Assembly: GCA_014802175.1 (NCBI GenBank)
Contig: JAAVCU010000021.1
Location: forward strand, 63,359-127,358
DNA from: Bacteroides sp.
Lineage (GTDB): Bacteria; Bacteroidota; Bacteroidia; Bacteroidales; Muribaculaceae
Direction of reading: 5' to 3'
Length of the DNA: 64,000 nt
The position numbers were made by a program, and so were the translations under genes. Below the pieces are notes generated by a model. That model saw only the letters and a list, made by a program, of their open reading frames with translations, made no database searches and was not told the DNA's origin. Of the stretch, positions 48,100-57,793 are shown in pieces (within the stretch, counting starts at the first letter, position 1; every line of letters begins with the position of its first letter).

Positions 48100-49368
48100 T
48101 TATCGTATCTTTAAAGTTACAAATGTAAGAGTTGCCAGCAGAATACCCACAATCCAGAATCGTGTCACGATTTTTGACTCCGGTATGGGATTTACGGGAT
48201 GTTTCCAAAGCACATTACTACCGGCTTCGAGCGGTTTCTGGAAGTGATGATGAAGGGGTGTCATCTTGAAGATGCGTCGCCCTTCGCCATATTTTTTCTT
48301 CGTATACTTGAAATATCCCACCTGCATCATCACCGACACATCCTCAAGGAAGAATGTGAGGCAGAGCAATGGAATAAGCAGCTCCTTTCGGATCAGGATT
48401 GCAAACACGGCGAGGATTCCGCCGAGAGTAAGGCTTCCGGTGTCGCCCATGAAAACCTGCGCGGGGAAAGCGTTGTACCAAAGGAAACCTACGAGCGCGC
48501 CGATGAAGGCTGCGGCGAACACCACCAGCTCCTCCGAGCCGGGGATGTACATAATGTTGAGATAACTCGAGTATATGACGTTGCTGCCGAGGTATCCCAT
48601 GATGAGGAGAGCCACACCAATGATGGCGGAGGTGCCGGCGCATAAGCCGTCGAGTCCGTCGGTGAGGTTCGCGCCGTTGCTGACGGCCGTAACCACAATC
48701 ACCACCACGAACACAAAGAAGATCCAGCCAAGTGTGTTGGCGGCATTCTTGTCCGATACCCACGAGGTGAGCCATTCGTAGTTGAAGTTGTGGTTCTTTA
48801 CAAACGGAATAGTGGTCTGCGGAGATTTGATCTGGTCAGTGGAGACCACTATCTCTGTTTCTGTAGAGTTGTCGATTTCGCGCTCGAAATTCTCACTCAT
48901 CACTATCGAGGGTGAGAGCCACATGGTGATTCCAACGATCAGACCAAGTCCGACCTGACCGGTAACCTTGTATTTCCCTTTCAGACCATCTTTGTTGTGA
49001 TATTTCAGTTTGCGGTAGTCGTCAAGGAATCCGATGACACCCATCCAGATTGTGGTTACGAGCATCAGGATCATGTAGATGTTGGAGAGGTTGCCGAACA
49101 GGATGCAGGGGATGAGTATGGCAAGAATGATGATGATTCCACCCATTGTGGGGGTTCCGGTTTTCTTCATCTGTCCTTCGAGGCCGAGGTTGCGCACCAC
49201 CTCTCCTACCTGCATGCGTTGCAGGCGTTCGATCACCTTATGACCGAGCATCAGCACGATCAGAAGTGCGAGCGCAAAGGATATTCCTGCGCGGAAGGTT
49301 ATATACCCCATCAGGTTATGGCCCGGAAACTGAAGGCCATCAAGAAATTCGAGCAATGCGTAAATCAT
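48100..49368 (-). CDS. mraY: Phospho-MurNAc-pentapeptide transferase
   Basis: TPTMGG, GFLDD, NLTDGLDG, FMGDTGS, PLHHH. Confidence 0.97.
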   Translation of the reverse strand: MIYALLEFLDGLQFPGHNLMGYITFRAGISFALALLIVLMLGHKVIERLQRMQVGEVVRNLGLEGQMKKTGTPTMGGIIIILAILIPCILFGNLSNIYMILMLVTTIWMGVIGFLDDYRKLKYHNKDGLKGKYKVTGQVGLGLIVGITMWLSPSIVMSENFEREIDNSTETEIVVSTDQIKSPQTTIPFVKNHNFNYEWLTSWVSDKNAANTLGWIFFVFVVVIVVTAVSNGANLTDGLDGLCAGTSAIIGVALLIMGYLGSNVIYSSYLNIMYIPGSEELVVFAAAFIGALVGFLWYNAFPAQVFMGDTGSLTLGGILAVFAILIRKELLIPLLCLTFFLEDVSVMMQVGYFKYTKKKYGEGRRIFKMTPLHHHFQKPLEAGSNVLWKHPVNPIPESKIVTRFWIVGILLATLTFVTLKIR

Positions 49369-49404
49369 TATTAGTCAATGGTAGATTAGTGAGTGGAGAG
49401 AGAG

Positions 49405-49480
49405 CTTTGCGCTTTCGCGCTCAGCACAGTGAGGAGGGAGAGGTGTCCATAATTTCTAATTCCTAAATTCTAATTCCTAA
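49405..49480 (+). repeat. Hairpin repeat family B, copy 2, plus a heptamer tract
   Basis: CTTTGCGCTTTCGCGCTCAGCACAGTG (49405-49431); tttctaa ttcctaa attctaa ttcctaa (49453-49480). Confidence 0.65.
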
Positions 49481-50935
49481 TTAGCAGAAGGTGTTGCGGA
49501 TCTCTTCGCGGTCGTCGAAGTGTGAGCGCACCCCTTTCACTTCCTGATAGGTCTCGTGCCCTTTGCCGGCAACGAGCACCACACTTCCAGGCTTGGTGAT
49601 TCGCATGGCGGTGCGGATTGCCTCGCGGCGGTCGGTGATGCAGAGCGTGCGTCGCATCTCCTCGGCAGAGAGCCCCTGCTTCATGTCTTCGATGATCGCC
49701 TCCGGCTCTTCGTCGCGCGGGTTGTCGGAGGTCAGGATCACGAGGTCGGAGCGGAGTGCGGCTTCGTGTGCCATCATCGGACGTTTGCCGTGGTCGCGGT
49801 TTCCTCCCGCACCGACTACGGTGGTGATCTCGGCTCCTGCGCCGATAATCTCGCGGATGGCGTCAAGCACATTTACAAGAGCATCGGGGGTGTGGGCGTA
49901 ATCCACAATGGCAGTGATGCCGTCGGGTGATATTATTGTCTGGAAACGTCCGGAAACCGGCACGAGCTTGCTCATATTCAGCAGCACCTCCTCCGGATTC
50001 CAGCCGATGAGGATTGAGGCAGCGTAAACGGCTGTGAGGTTGTAGGCATTGAACTTGCCGGTGAATGCCGTTTCCACCTCTTTGCCGTTGAAGGAGAGGA
50101 GTGTGCCGTCGAGACGGGTCTCCAATATGCGGCAGCGGAAATCGGCGTCGGTGCGCAAAGAGTATGTGAAGACTTTTGCGTGAGTGTTCTGCACCATGTA
50201 ACGCCCTGATTTGTCGTCAAGATTGATGAGCGCGAAAGCGTCGGCAGGAAGCATGTCGAAGAACATCTTCTTGGCGTTCATATAATTCTCGACAGTGAGG
50301 TGATAGTCGAGGTGGTCGCGGGTGAGGTTAGAGAAGATTGCTCCCGCGAACTTCAGACCTGCAATGCGGTGCTGGTGAGCTGCGTGAGAGGAAACCTCCA
50401 TGAAAGCGTAGTCACAACCATCTTCCACCATCTCCGCCAACAGAGCATTGAGGGTGAGAGGATCGGGTGTGGTGTGGGTTGTGGGTATGGCGCGGTCGCC
50501 GATATAGTTACATACGGTGGAGATCAGACCTGCATGGTATCCTTCGAGCTTCGCCATTTCATAAAGCAGAGTGGCAGTTGTGGTTTTACCGTTGGTGCCG
50601 GTCACTCCCACGAGTTTGAGTTTGGTGGATGGGTGGCCATACCAGTTTGAGGCGAGCAGACCGAGAGCTTCGGCAGAGTTCTCCACGCGGATATAGGTGA
50701 TTCCTTTCTCGAGCGATGCAGGGAGGTGCTCGCATACGATTGCGCCGACGTGTGTGCTTGCCACCACGGGGATATATTTATGACCGTCGGTGGTGACTCC
50801 ATGCACGGCAACGAACATGCCATCTTTTACCACCTTGCGCGAATCGCTCTGCAGATCGGTGATATTTTTGTCGGTATCTCCTATTACTTCCAAGGTTTTG
50901 ATCCCTTCAAGAAGATGTGATAATTTTACTGCCAT
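49481..50935 (-). CDS. murE: UDP-MurNAc-tripeptide synthetase (meso-DAP)
   Basis: TGTNGKTT, MEVSSH, DHLDYH, DYAHTPD, DNPR, AGKGHE. Confidence 0.97.
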   Translation of the reverse strand: MAVKLSHLLEGIKTLEVIGDTDKNITDLQSDSRKVVKDGMFVAVHGVTTDGHKYIPVVASTHVGAIVCEHLPASLEKGITYIRVENSAEALGLLASNWYGHPSTKLKLVGVTGTNGKTTTATLLYEMAKLEGYHAGLISTVCNYIGDRAIPTTHTTPDPLTLNALLAEMVEDGCDYAFMEVSSHAAHQHRIAGLKFAGAIFSNLTRDHLDYHLTVENYMNAKKMFFDMLPADAFALINLDDKSGRYMVQNTHAKVFTYSLRTDADFRCRILETRLDGTLLSFNGKEVETAFTGKFNAYNLTAVYAASILIGWNPEEVLLNMSKLVPVSGRFQTIISPDGITAIVDYAHTPDALVNVLDAIREIIGAGAEITTVVGAGGNRDHGKRPMMAHEAALRSDLVILTSDNPRDEEPEAIIEDMKQGLSAEEMRRTLCITDRREAIRTAMRITKPGSVVLVAGKGHETYQEVKGVRSHFDDREEIRNTFC

Positions 50936-50971
50936 CTGGTGTATTGTGTAAAGTTAATGTTTAAGTTTAAT

Positions 50972-51051
50972 AAAGTAGCTAAGATAGCTATAATGGCTAA
51001 GATAGCTATGGTAGCTATAAAAGCTATTTTAGCTAAATAGCTTTAATAGCT
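50972..51051. repeat. Degenerate 9-mer tandem tract ending in [A/G]GCT, 9 units
   Basis: aaagtagct aagatagct ataatggct aagatagct atggtagct ataaaagct attttagct aaatagct ttaatagct. Confidence 0.8.
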
Positions 51052-51057
51052 TTTGCC

Positions 51058-53187
51058 CTAAATCTTCAGATGCAAGGTTATTGTCTGGTTCGGGGCGGTT
51101 TTGGTTCCGGCGGGGATAGACTGAGCCACCACGTAGCCGGTGCCTTTTATGCGGACGTTCACTCCGCGCTCCTCAAGCAGTTTCACTGCCGAGGGGGCGT
51201 CGTAACCTTTCACGTCAGGGATGGTGTTTTCCGGGTGGTTTTTCGCCACGCGGTAATGTTTCATCGACTTGGCTCCCACGGCGTTTGCGAGTATGTTGTG
51301 ATCGCATTTCTCTGAACCCACAACCACCGGATTGGAACCGGAGTTTTCGGTGAGGTATGTCGAGGAGTTGTTAAGCTTGCCACGGGAATACATCTTCACG
51401 GCCATATTCTTCACGACCTGACCGGAGGTGCGGTTGGCGGATGTTCCTGCCGGACCGAGCACGAGAGCGATGCAGCTGTATTTCGGGTTTTCGTAGGGGA
51501 AGAATCCTGCGAAGGCATAGCGGCGCTTAGCCGTGTTGTAAGATCCTTTCTCCACCGGGTATGCCGTTCCTGTCTTGCCGACAACTTTCACGCGGTCGTC
51601 GCGCACGGCGCGGGCTGTGCCGTGTTCACCCCAGACTACCTCGGCGATGCACTCGCGCACCTTGCGGGCGGTCTCTTCAGAGCAGATGCGGTCGCGGATA
51701 TACTGTATGGGGATAATTGAGTCAACACCGTTCTCATCGCGCAGACCTTTCATGAGGTGCGGGCGCACATACTTCCCGCCGTTTGCGATAGCATTGTAAA
51801 CGGACAGTGTGAATAGCGGCGGAAGCTCAGTGTTGTAACCGTAAGCCTGACGGGCGAGGTCAAGATGACGCGCCGTCATGGTTATGTTGTTGCCGCGAGA
51901 ATCTTTCGGCAGAAGCTTGCGTATGCGGGGCGTACACTCGCCGGCGATTCCGGAGCGTATAGGCTCGAAGAATCCGAGTCCGGCAAGACGGTCGTAAAAC
52001 TTAGAGGGATCTTTTTCATAACCACGGAAAATGACGCGGGCAATTCCGGGGTTTGAAGATTGCTCAATCACCTGTTTCATGGTCTTCATACCGCCTCCGT
52101 GGGGGTCGCTCGTTTTCTGGAAAGGTGCGCAGCTCACCTGATCGTGAACGGATTTCACCAATCCATCCTCGAATGCAATCATAAGGGAGATCGGTTTCAT
52201 TACCGAACCTGGCTCGAAGGGGAGCACGGCGCGGTTCAGAGCCTCGCCGTAAGTGCCATCCTCCAGACGCTCTATGTTTGAGATTGCTTTGATTTCACCG
52301 GTGGCCACCTCCATGAGGATTGCGGTGCCCCATTCCGCCGACGATTCGGTGCAGATGTTGTGAAGCTCCTCTTCAAGCATATCCTGCAGGTCGATGTCGA
52401 TGGTGGTCATGATGTCGAAACCACGTTTGGCAGGTGACGCCACCCAGTTGGTGATTCCGTTGGTCAGCGCCACTTTCTTCGAGAGTCCCGGTTTGCCATA
52501 AAGGAGGCTGTCGAGGTCCTTTTCAAGTCCGGAATAGCCATGAATCTGGCGGGTAGCTGCATTTTCGTTCACTCGGCCGATGCTTCGGTAAGCCATTCTG
52601 CCGTAGGGATACATACGTATGTTCCGCTCCTCGCGATAAACGGGGTTGCGGAATCCTTTACCTTTGAAATCCTTGAGGAAAGGGAATTTCTTGATATGCT
52701 CGAAGTCTTCCAGCGTCTTGTTTCGTGCAAGGCGCAGCGCACGCGGACGCTTGTCGGGATCCTTCTCCAGCTCACGGCGCAGGCGAGTTCGCCAGGAATA
52801 TTTCGTGAATGTGTCGGGATGCTCCCTGAGATTAGAGATTCGGGGGTAATAGACATCGAGAGAATCGGCCAGCGAGTCAACCTTTTCCCATGGAATAGAT
52901 CCCAATCCTTTCACCTTGTTGTGACGCAGATCGATCTTAATATCATAAACCTTGAGGTTGCAGGCGAGGATATTGCCATTGTCCGACAGGATATTGCCTC
53001 GTTCAGGGCGAATGGTGTCGATACGCGACAGCTCACGGTGAGCGCGTTCATTCCAAGCCTTGGCATCAACCACAGTGGTGTTGAAGAGTTTAAACACCAC
53101 CGCAAGACTGAAAAAGATAAATGCCAAGCAAATGACAAGATATCGGAAAAGTATGTTTTTCTTATTATTCTGCTTTTTCTGTGCCAT
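51058..53187 (-). CDS. ftsI: Class B penicillin-binding protein (FtsI/PBP3) with PASTA domain
   Basis: RGNI, EPGSVMK (SxxK), SSN, KTGT; C-terminal PASTA. Confidence 0.92.
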   Translation of the reverse strand: MAQKKQNNKKNILFRYLVICLAFIFFSLAVVFKLFNTTVVDAKAWNERAHRELSRIDTIRPERGNILSDNGNILACNLKVYDIKIDLRHNKVKGLGSIPWEKVDSLADSLDVYYPRISNLREHPDTFTKYSWRTRLRRELEKDPDKRPRALRLARNKTLEDFEHIKKFPFLKDFKGKGFRNPVYREERNIRMYPYGRMAYRSIGRVNENAATRQIHGYSGLEKDLDSLLYGKPGLSKKVALTNGITNWVASPAKRGFDIMTTIDIDLQDMLEEELHNICTESSAEWGTAILMEVATGEIKAISNIERLEDGTYGEALNRAVLPFEPGSVMKPISLMIAFEDGLVKSVHDQVSCAPFQKTSDPHGGGMKTMKQVIEQSSNPGIARVIFRGYEKDPSKFYDRLAGLGFFEPIRSGIAGECTPRIRKLLPKDSRGNNITMTARHLDLARQAYGYNTELPPLFTLSVYNAIANGGKYVRPHLMKGLRDENGVDSIIPIQYIRDRICSEETARKVRECIAEVVWGEHGTARAVRDDRVKVVGKTGTAYPVEKGSYNTAKRRYAFAGFFPYENPKYSCIALVLGPAGTSANRTSGQVVKNMAVKMYSRGKLNNSSTYLTENSGSNPVVVGSEKCDHNILANAVGAKSMKHYRVAKNHPENTIPDVKGYDAPSAVKLLEERGVNVRIKGTGYVVAQSIPAGTKTAPNQTITLHLKI

Positions 53188-53536
53188 CTTCTGTTAGTTC
53201 GTAAGGAGGTTGTTCTTGAAATTCGAGATTAAGATTCTTTTCTCTAACCATTTTTATCATCTCCGATTCGCGGATAAGAGACATGTAAAGTGATTTCTCG
53301 TGTAACTTTGAGCTTTCGGCGCGTTGGAGTTCTATGGTGAGCTGCTTTATCTCACCCATCTTTGTTTTTGTCTTGTATCTGAGACCGATAAGCGCGATAA
53401 TCATCACAAGGAAGAGCACCAAAAGCCATGCGTTAGCCTTGAAGAAGTCCATGGAGATAGTGCGCCCTTGTCCGAGGTCGCTGATCCATGAACCCTTTCC
53501 GGGAGTCTTCTCTTTTTTCTGCTTTTTAGCCGCCAT
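53165..53536 (-). CDS. ftsL: FtsL-like cell division protein
   Basis: Single TM plus coiled coil; lies between rsmH and ftsI. Confidence 0.75.
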   Translation of the reverse strand: MAAKKQKKEKTPGKGSWISDLGQGRTISMDFFKANAWLLVLFLVMIIALIGLRYKTKTKMGEIKQLTIELQRAESSKLHEKSLYMSLIRESEMIKMVREKNLNLEFQEQPPYELTEDGTEKAE

Positions 53537-53564
53537 TGTGATGAAAAGTCAGTGTGTGTTAAAA

Positions 53565-54473
53565 TTATACAAGTTCAGCGATTCTGAGTTTAGCAGAGCG
53601 TGAACGCGGATTCTGTTCCACTTCAGCCTCTGAAGGCACAATCGGGGAGCGGGTTATGAGTTTCCACGGCGTGGAGACTCTGCCGAAGAAATCTTTATCC
53701 TCTTTCCCTTCGATGTTGCCGGTTTTCATAAAATTCTTCACCATTCGGTCTTCGATGGAGTGATAGGTGATAATTGCAAGTCGTCCACCGGGTTTCAGTA
53801 ATTTCACGGTGGATTGGAGGAAGCGTTTCAGAGCGTCCATCTCACCATTGACTTCGATTCGGAATGCCTGGAAAACCTGTGCGAGCTCTTTTTTCTCTGA
53901 TTTCGGGTTCAAAGCGGGTCGCACTGCATCGGCAAGTCGGAAAGTAGTGTCAACAGGGTTTTGCGTGCGCGCCGCCACTATCGCTTTCGCTACAGCTCCG
54001 GGGCGTTTAAGATCTGTGTAAGTGCGGAAGAGAGTGGCAAGTTGCTCTTCGGAATAGTTTGCCGCGATGTCGGCGGCAGTTAACGAGCCGTTCTGATTCA
54101 TGCGCATATCAAGCGGGGCATCGTTGCGGAAAGAGAATCCGCGGCTTGCGTCGTCGAAATGATGGAAAGAAACGCCAAGGTCGGCGAGAATGCCATCGAG
54201 ATGCTTCACGCCGTGAAAGCGCATAAAATTCGGTATATATCGGAAGTTTGAATGTACAAATGTAAATCGGGAGTCGTCCGGAGCATTTCCGAAAGCCTCT
54301 TTATCGCGGTCGAAACCGTAAAGATGACCATCGGGACCAAGATTTTCCAGAATGGCGCGCGAATGACCGCCGCCGCCGAAAGTGACGTCGGCGTAAATGC
54401 CGTTTGGCTTGATATTCAAGCCATTAATAGAATCTGATAATAGTGCAGGTATATGGTAAACTTCCGCTGTCAT
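53565..54473 (-). CDS. rsmH: 16S rRNA m4C1402 methyltransferase
   Basis: DVTFGGGGHS, DLGVS, PLDMRM, FQAFRIEVN, YHSIEDR, NPRSRSAKLR. Confidence 0.97.
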   Translation of the reverse strand: MTAEVYHIPALLSDSINGLNIKPNGIYADVTFGGGGHSRAILENLGPDGHLYGFDRDKEAFGNAPDDSRFTFVHSNFRYIPNFMRFHGVKHLDGILADLGVSFHHFDDASRGFSFRNDAPLDMRMNQNGSLTAADIAANYSEEQLATLFRTYTDLKRPGAVAKAIVAARTQNPVDTTFRLADAVRPALNPKSEKKELAQVFQAFRIEVNGEMDALKRFLQSTVKLLKPGGRLAIITYHSIEDRMVKNFMKTGNIEGKEDKDFFGRVSTPWKLITRSPIVPSEAEVEQNPRSRSAKLRIAELV

Positions 54474-54599
54474 TCTGAAAAATTTGGAGATGATCTTATG
54501 CGGATGTAAAGTTAGTTATTTTTTGTAAATTTTAGAAGTGAAAATTTAAAATTGTAGATAAAAATTTCTTAAAAATTATTAGAGCCTGTATTCCGGTTG

Positions 54600-57578
54600 T
54601 CAGTAGACGTAAGCCGAAGAGGGAGTGGTGTCAGCCTCAGCCGCTTTCGCGAGCATCTCCCGGACCAGACATTTGAATCCCAACAGCAGATTCACTTTCG
54701 GAGTTTCCTTTATGGAGGATGCCACCGATTCGGCATCTTTAGGGTTGAATGAAGTTCCTCCGAAATGCAGTTTCGGGTGCTTCATGTTACCTGTGACGCT
54801 GACTCCGAAGGGGAAGGGTACGAGTGATTTCTCCACGGCTAAATGATAGTACATGTCGCCATTGAGATTCTGTGTGCCTCCTGCCCTGAGTTTATAGCGT
54901 TGCAACCGGATGTCGAACGGATAAAGCTGTAGCAGATTATCATGTGCTGTGGCATGTATATTCAAGTCGTTCAGGAAGATACCTCTGTGTTCGGTGTCGA
55001 TTCTCAGCAGGCGTGTGATCTTGTGCATCTCTTTGTTCTCGAGTATGGTCAGATCGTTTCCGTGAAGATAAATATCTGCCCAAAGGGAGGGGAGATTTAT
55101 ATACATATTCGGGAAGAGGAGCAGATGCGCGTCGGTGCTCAGCGAGAGGTTGCCGTGAACATATTCCATCACCGGCATCATAAGTTCGAGAGTGTGAAAT
55201 CTGCTGAAGAAATTCACTAATTCCACATTATTCAGGTCTGCAGTCAGCTTCATTCCGAGATTGGAGATGTCGGCGGTGTTGTAGGCGAAATCAAGACCCA
55301 ATGTGCCGAAGAACGAATCGATCTGGAGGTCTTTGACCTTAAGGTTACCATCGTTGAGCGTTACGGTGGTGCCGAGATTATGAAGTTGAATATTTGTGTA
55401 GCTTGTCTCCATTATCGACGCCTTTATGTCACCCCTTAAATTTCTGGGTAATAGCATTGATATGGTGTCAAACTGCGTGAGTGTGTCAGGAATCACTGTC
55501 AGGAATGATGCCGAAGGTCCGTGGCGATATTGAATGCCATGGTTGTAAGCCCCGGCAAGCTGATTGATGAAGACAGTGTCTACTGCCAGATCAAGGTCAA
55601 AGTTTAGGGGCACAGGTGTTTTGGAAGTCAGGAAACGACGCAGGTCAGTAATCTTACCATTGAGGCTAAGATATGTGTCCTGAGAGTTCATTTTCAGACT
55701 TTTAAGATTTACTTCATCAAAAGATGCCTGCAAGTCAAGATCACGGAAGTCATTGTGAAGCGGGAGCACGGGAGTTGCGATAGATCCCGATTTGACCTTA
55801 ATGTTGACATTCGGTTTCCAGTGGTTGATAACATTTGTAAATTTTTGAGGGAGATTCAGCACTAAGAACTGGTCGCTGTGCTTGGCAAACGACAGGGCTT
55901 CGCGGTCAGCGCTCCATGCAACAGGAATGCTGAAAGGGGAGGAAGTCACAATCTTGTCGGAATATGTTGCCGACAGCGAGGTATTGAGACCGTTGAGTAT
56001 CAGTTTCTCCTTACCTTGGCTAACAGCAATCTCATCACCAATGACCTTAAGAGAGATATTCCTGACATCTCCTTTGGCTTTGAGATCAAGATTATTTCCG
56101 GCTATGCTTACTCCCGACTGCGGAATCTTGGAACTGTAATTCTTCAGATTGAGATCTGCGTCTACTTTTATATTCTGAAGGTTATCAGTAGTAATATCCG
56201 ATTGTTTGAGGTCAATATTGGCAGACCCCTCAAGATCTCCTTTGAGAGCATATTTGCTTAATGCGGAGAAAAATTTTGAGGCAGCGGCGGCATCATACTT
56301 ACCGTTGAGCGCAAGTTTAAGGTGGGGATCGCCTGAGAGGTCGGATATATCAGGAGATATGGTTAGCTCCGCACCCTCGCCGTTGATCGAGAAGGGAAGA
56401 AGCTCCACTTCCAAAGAATCCGGATTCTTGCCATCGAAATTCATTTTGGCTTCGATAGGGGAGTAACCTATATTAAGCATAGGTAATCCGGTCTCCTTAT
56501 AAGATAATTCACCCGCCGGGATAGAGAGTGTGGCTTTGGCAGAAGGGAGTTTGTCGGAATCCAGGGAGTATGGGGCAGTGAGACGAGCATTGAGTTCGAT
56601 CTCAGGATCAGCTGTAAGAGCAGCGGGCCATTTCACCATCCCCTCTGGCAGAAGAGATAGAATGGCAGAGAGAGGGGTCTCGTTTAGTTTGTAATCTAAC
56701 GAGTTGATCTTCTGCTCCCCCTCCACTATCATGGCAAGGTTTGTGACACCGCGCAGGCTTCCGAGATCAACGTTGAAGTCGGAAAGTTTCACTGTCATAG
56801 GGTTGAAGTCGAGCCCTGCATTGCCGTGAAGATTGATGGGGAAACGGCTGAGGAGCTGTTTCCCATCCATATTGAGATTCAGTTTGCCTTTGATGTCTGC
56901 CTTGTAAGCATTCATATCCGCGCTGTCACGCAGGGCGGAGAGGGTGTTGAGATCAAGATCCGCCATGACTCGCGCAGCATGGTTGTAAAAACGGATTTTA
57001 CCCGGATTTACCAATGCGATTTTTCGCGCCGAGAAATAGGGCACGCTTCCCGATGAAATTTTGTCTTTGAGAATATTGAAATTGGCGACAGAGTCAGAAA
57101 CCATCACCATATTGAGGTTAAGAGCCTCGGCTTCGATGTCGCCTAAGTGAATTTCCCCCTTGATGAGTTTGAATACATTTATATTACCTTTTATTCTTCC
57201 CGACGACATAAGAAAATCGGCGTTGTCGGGAATCTGACTTCTCAGATTATCGGAGATTGAGTTCAGGCTATGGCTTATCACCCTTACAGAATCGACCTCA
57301 ACACGCAGGTCCGGCAGCGATGACCAGATGGTGAATCGCGGTTTGCTCACGGATACTTCCGCATTTAGATTCTCCGAAGCTGCCTCCGAGATTAGTTTCT
57401 CAAGACGTTCGGGCGAGAGGTAATAGGTGGCGGCGCATAAAAGAATTGCTATTAAAGCCACAATACCGAGTAAAGAAAAACCTATAATATTCAGAGCTTT
57501 GAATCGTCGGGGTTTTACGATTCTCTCCTCTGCAGACGGGTCCGGCTGAATTATGTTATTGTCTGAGTGTTTAGTCAT
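54600..57578 (-). CDS. AsmA-like envelope protein
   Basis: N-terminal TM anchor, beta-rich repeats, C-terminal YPF...GGTQNLNG..YHL..PFPFGV. Confidence 0.7.
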   Translation of the reverse strand: MTKHSDNNIIQPDPSAEERIVKPRRFKALNIIGFSLLGIVALIAILLCAATYYLSPERLEKLISEAASENLNAEVSVSKPRFTIWSSLPDLRVEVDSVRVISHSLNSISDNLRSQIPDNADFLMSSGRIKGNINVFKLIKGEIHLGDIEAEALNLNMVMVSDSVANFNILKDKISSGSVPYFSARKIALVNPGKIRFYNHAARVMADLDLNTLSALRDSADMNAYKADIKGKLNLNMDGKQLLSRFPINLHGNAGLDFNPMTVKLSDFNVDLGSLRGVTNLAMIVEGEQKINSLDYKLNETPLSAILSLLPEGMVKWPAALTADPEIELNARLTAPYSLDSDKLPSAKATLSIPAGELSYKETGLPMLNIGYSPIEAKMNFDGKNPDSLEVELLPFSINGEGAELTISPDISDLSGDPHLKLALNGKYDAAAASKFFSALSKYALKGDLEGSANIDLKQSDITTDNLQNIKVDADLNLKNYSSKIPQSGVSIAGNNLDLKAKGDVRNISLKVIGDEIAVSQGKEKLILNGLNTSLSATYSDKIVTSSPFSIPVAWSADREALSFAKHSDQFLVLNLPQKFTNVINHWKPNVNIKVKSGSIATPVLPLHNDFRDLDLQASFDEVNLKSLKMNSQDTYLSLNGKITDLRRFLTSKTPVPLNFDLDLAVDTVFINQLAGAYNHGIQYRHGPSASFLTVIPDTLTQFDTISMLLPRNLRGDIKASIMETSYTNIQLHNLGTTVTLNDGNLKVKDLQIDSFFGTLGLDFAYNTADISNLGMKLTADLNNVELVNFFSRFHTLELMMPVMEYVHGNLSLSTDAHLLLFPNMYINLPSLWADIYLHGNDLTILENKEMHKITRLLRIDTEHRGIFLNDLNIHATAHDNLLQLYPFDIRLQRYKLRAGGTQNLNGDMYYHLAVEKSLVPFPFGVSVTGNMKHPKLHFGGTSFNPKDAESVASSIKETPKVNLLLGFKCLVREMLAKAAEADTTPSSAYVY

Positions 57579-57700
57579 AGCAGTAATATATTGGAATCAT
57601 CAGTATAACATCCGGAAAACAGATAAGGTTTATTCTTCTGTTGTCGCAACAAGAATTAAGAATTGGCCGAAAAGTTACGGCTTATAGTCGAAAAAACAAT

Positions 57701-57745
57701 AAAATCCGAAATCTTTCGAGTATAACCGTAAAGATTTCGGATTTT
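57701..57745 (-). terminator. Intrinsic terminator after folD-topA
   Basis: 16-bp stem AAAATCCGAAATCTTT/AAAGATTTCGGATTTT. Confidence 0.8.
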
Positions 57746-57760
57746 TTATGCTGTAATACC

Positions 57761-57780
57761 GGAGTTGTTTAAATAACTTC
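57761..57780. repeat. 20-bp palindrome (18/20 to GAAGTTGTTTAAACAACTTC)
   Basis: GGAGTTGTTTAAATAACTTC, 13 nt past the topA stop. Confidence 0.55.
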
Positions 57781-57793
57781 GCGGTCTTTCCAA

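Noticed and set aside
48100-50935. murF missing between murE and mraY
   Set aside because: murF is commonly outside the dcw cluster in Bacteroidales
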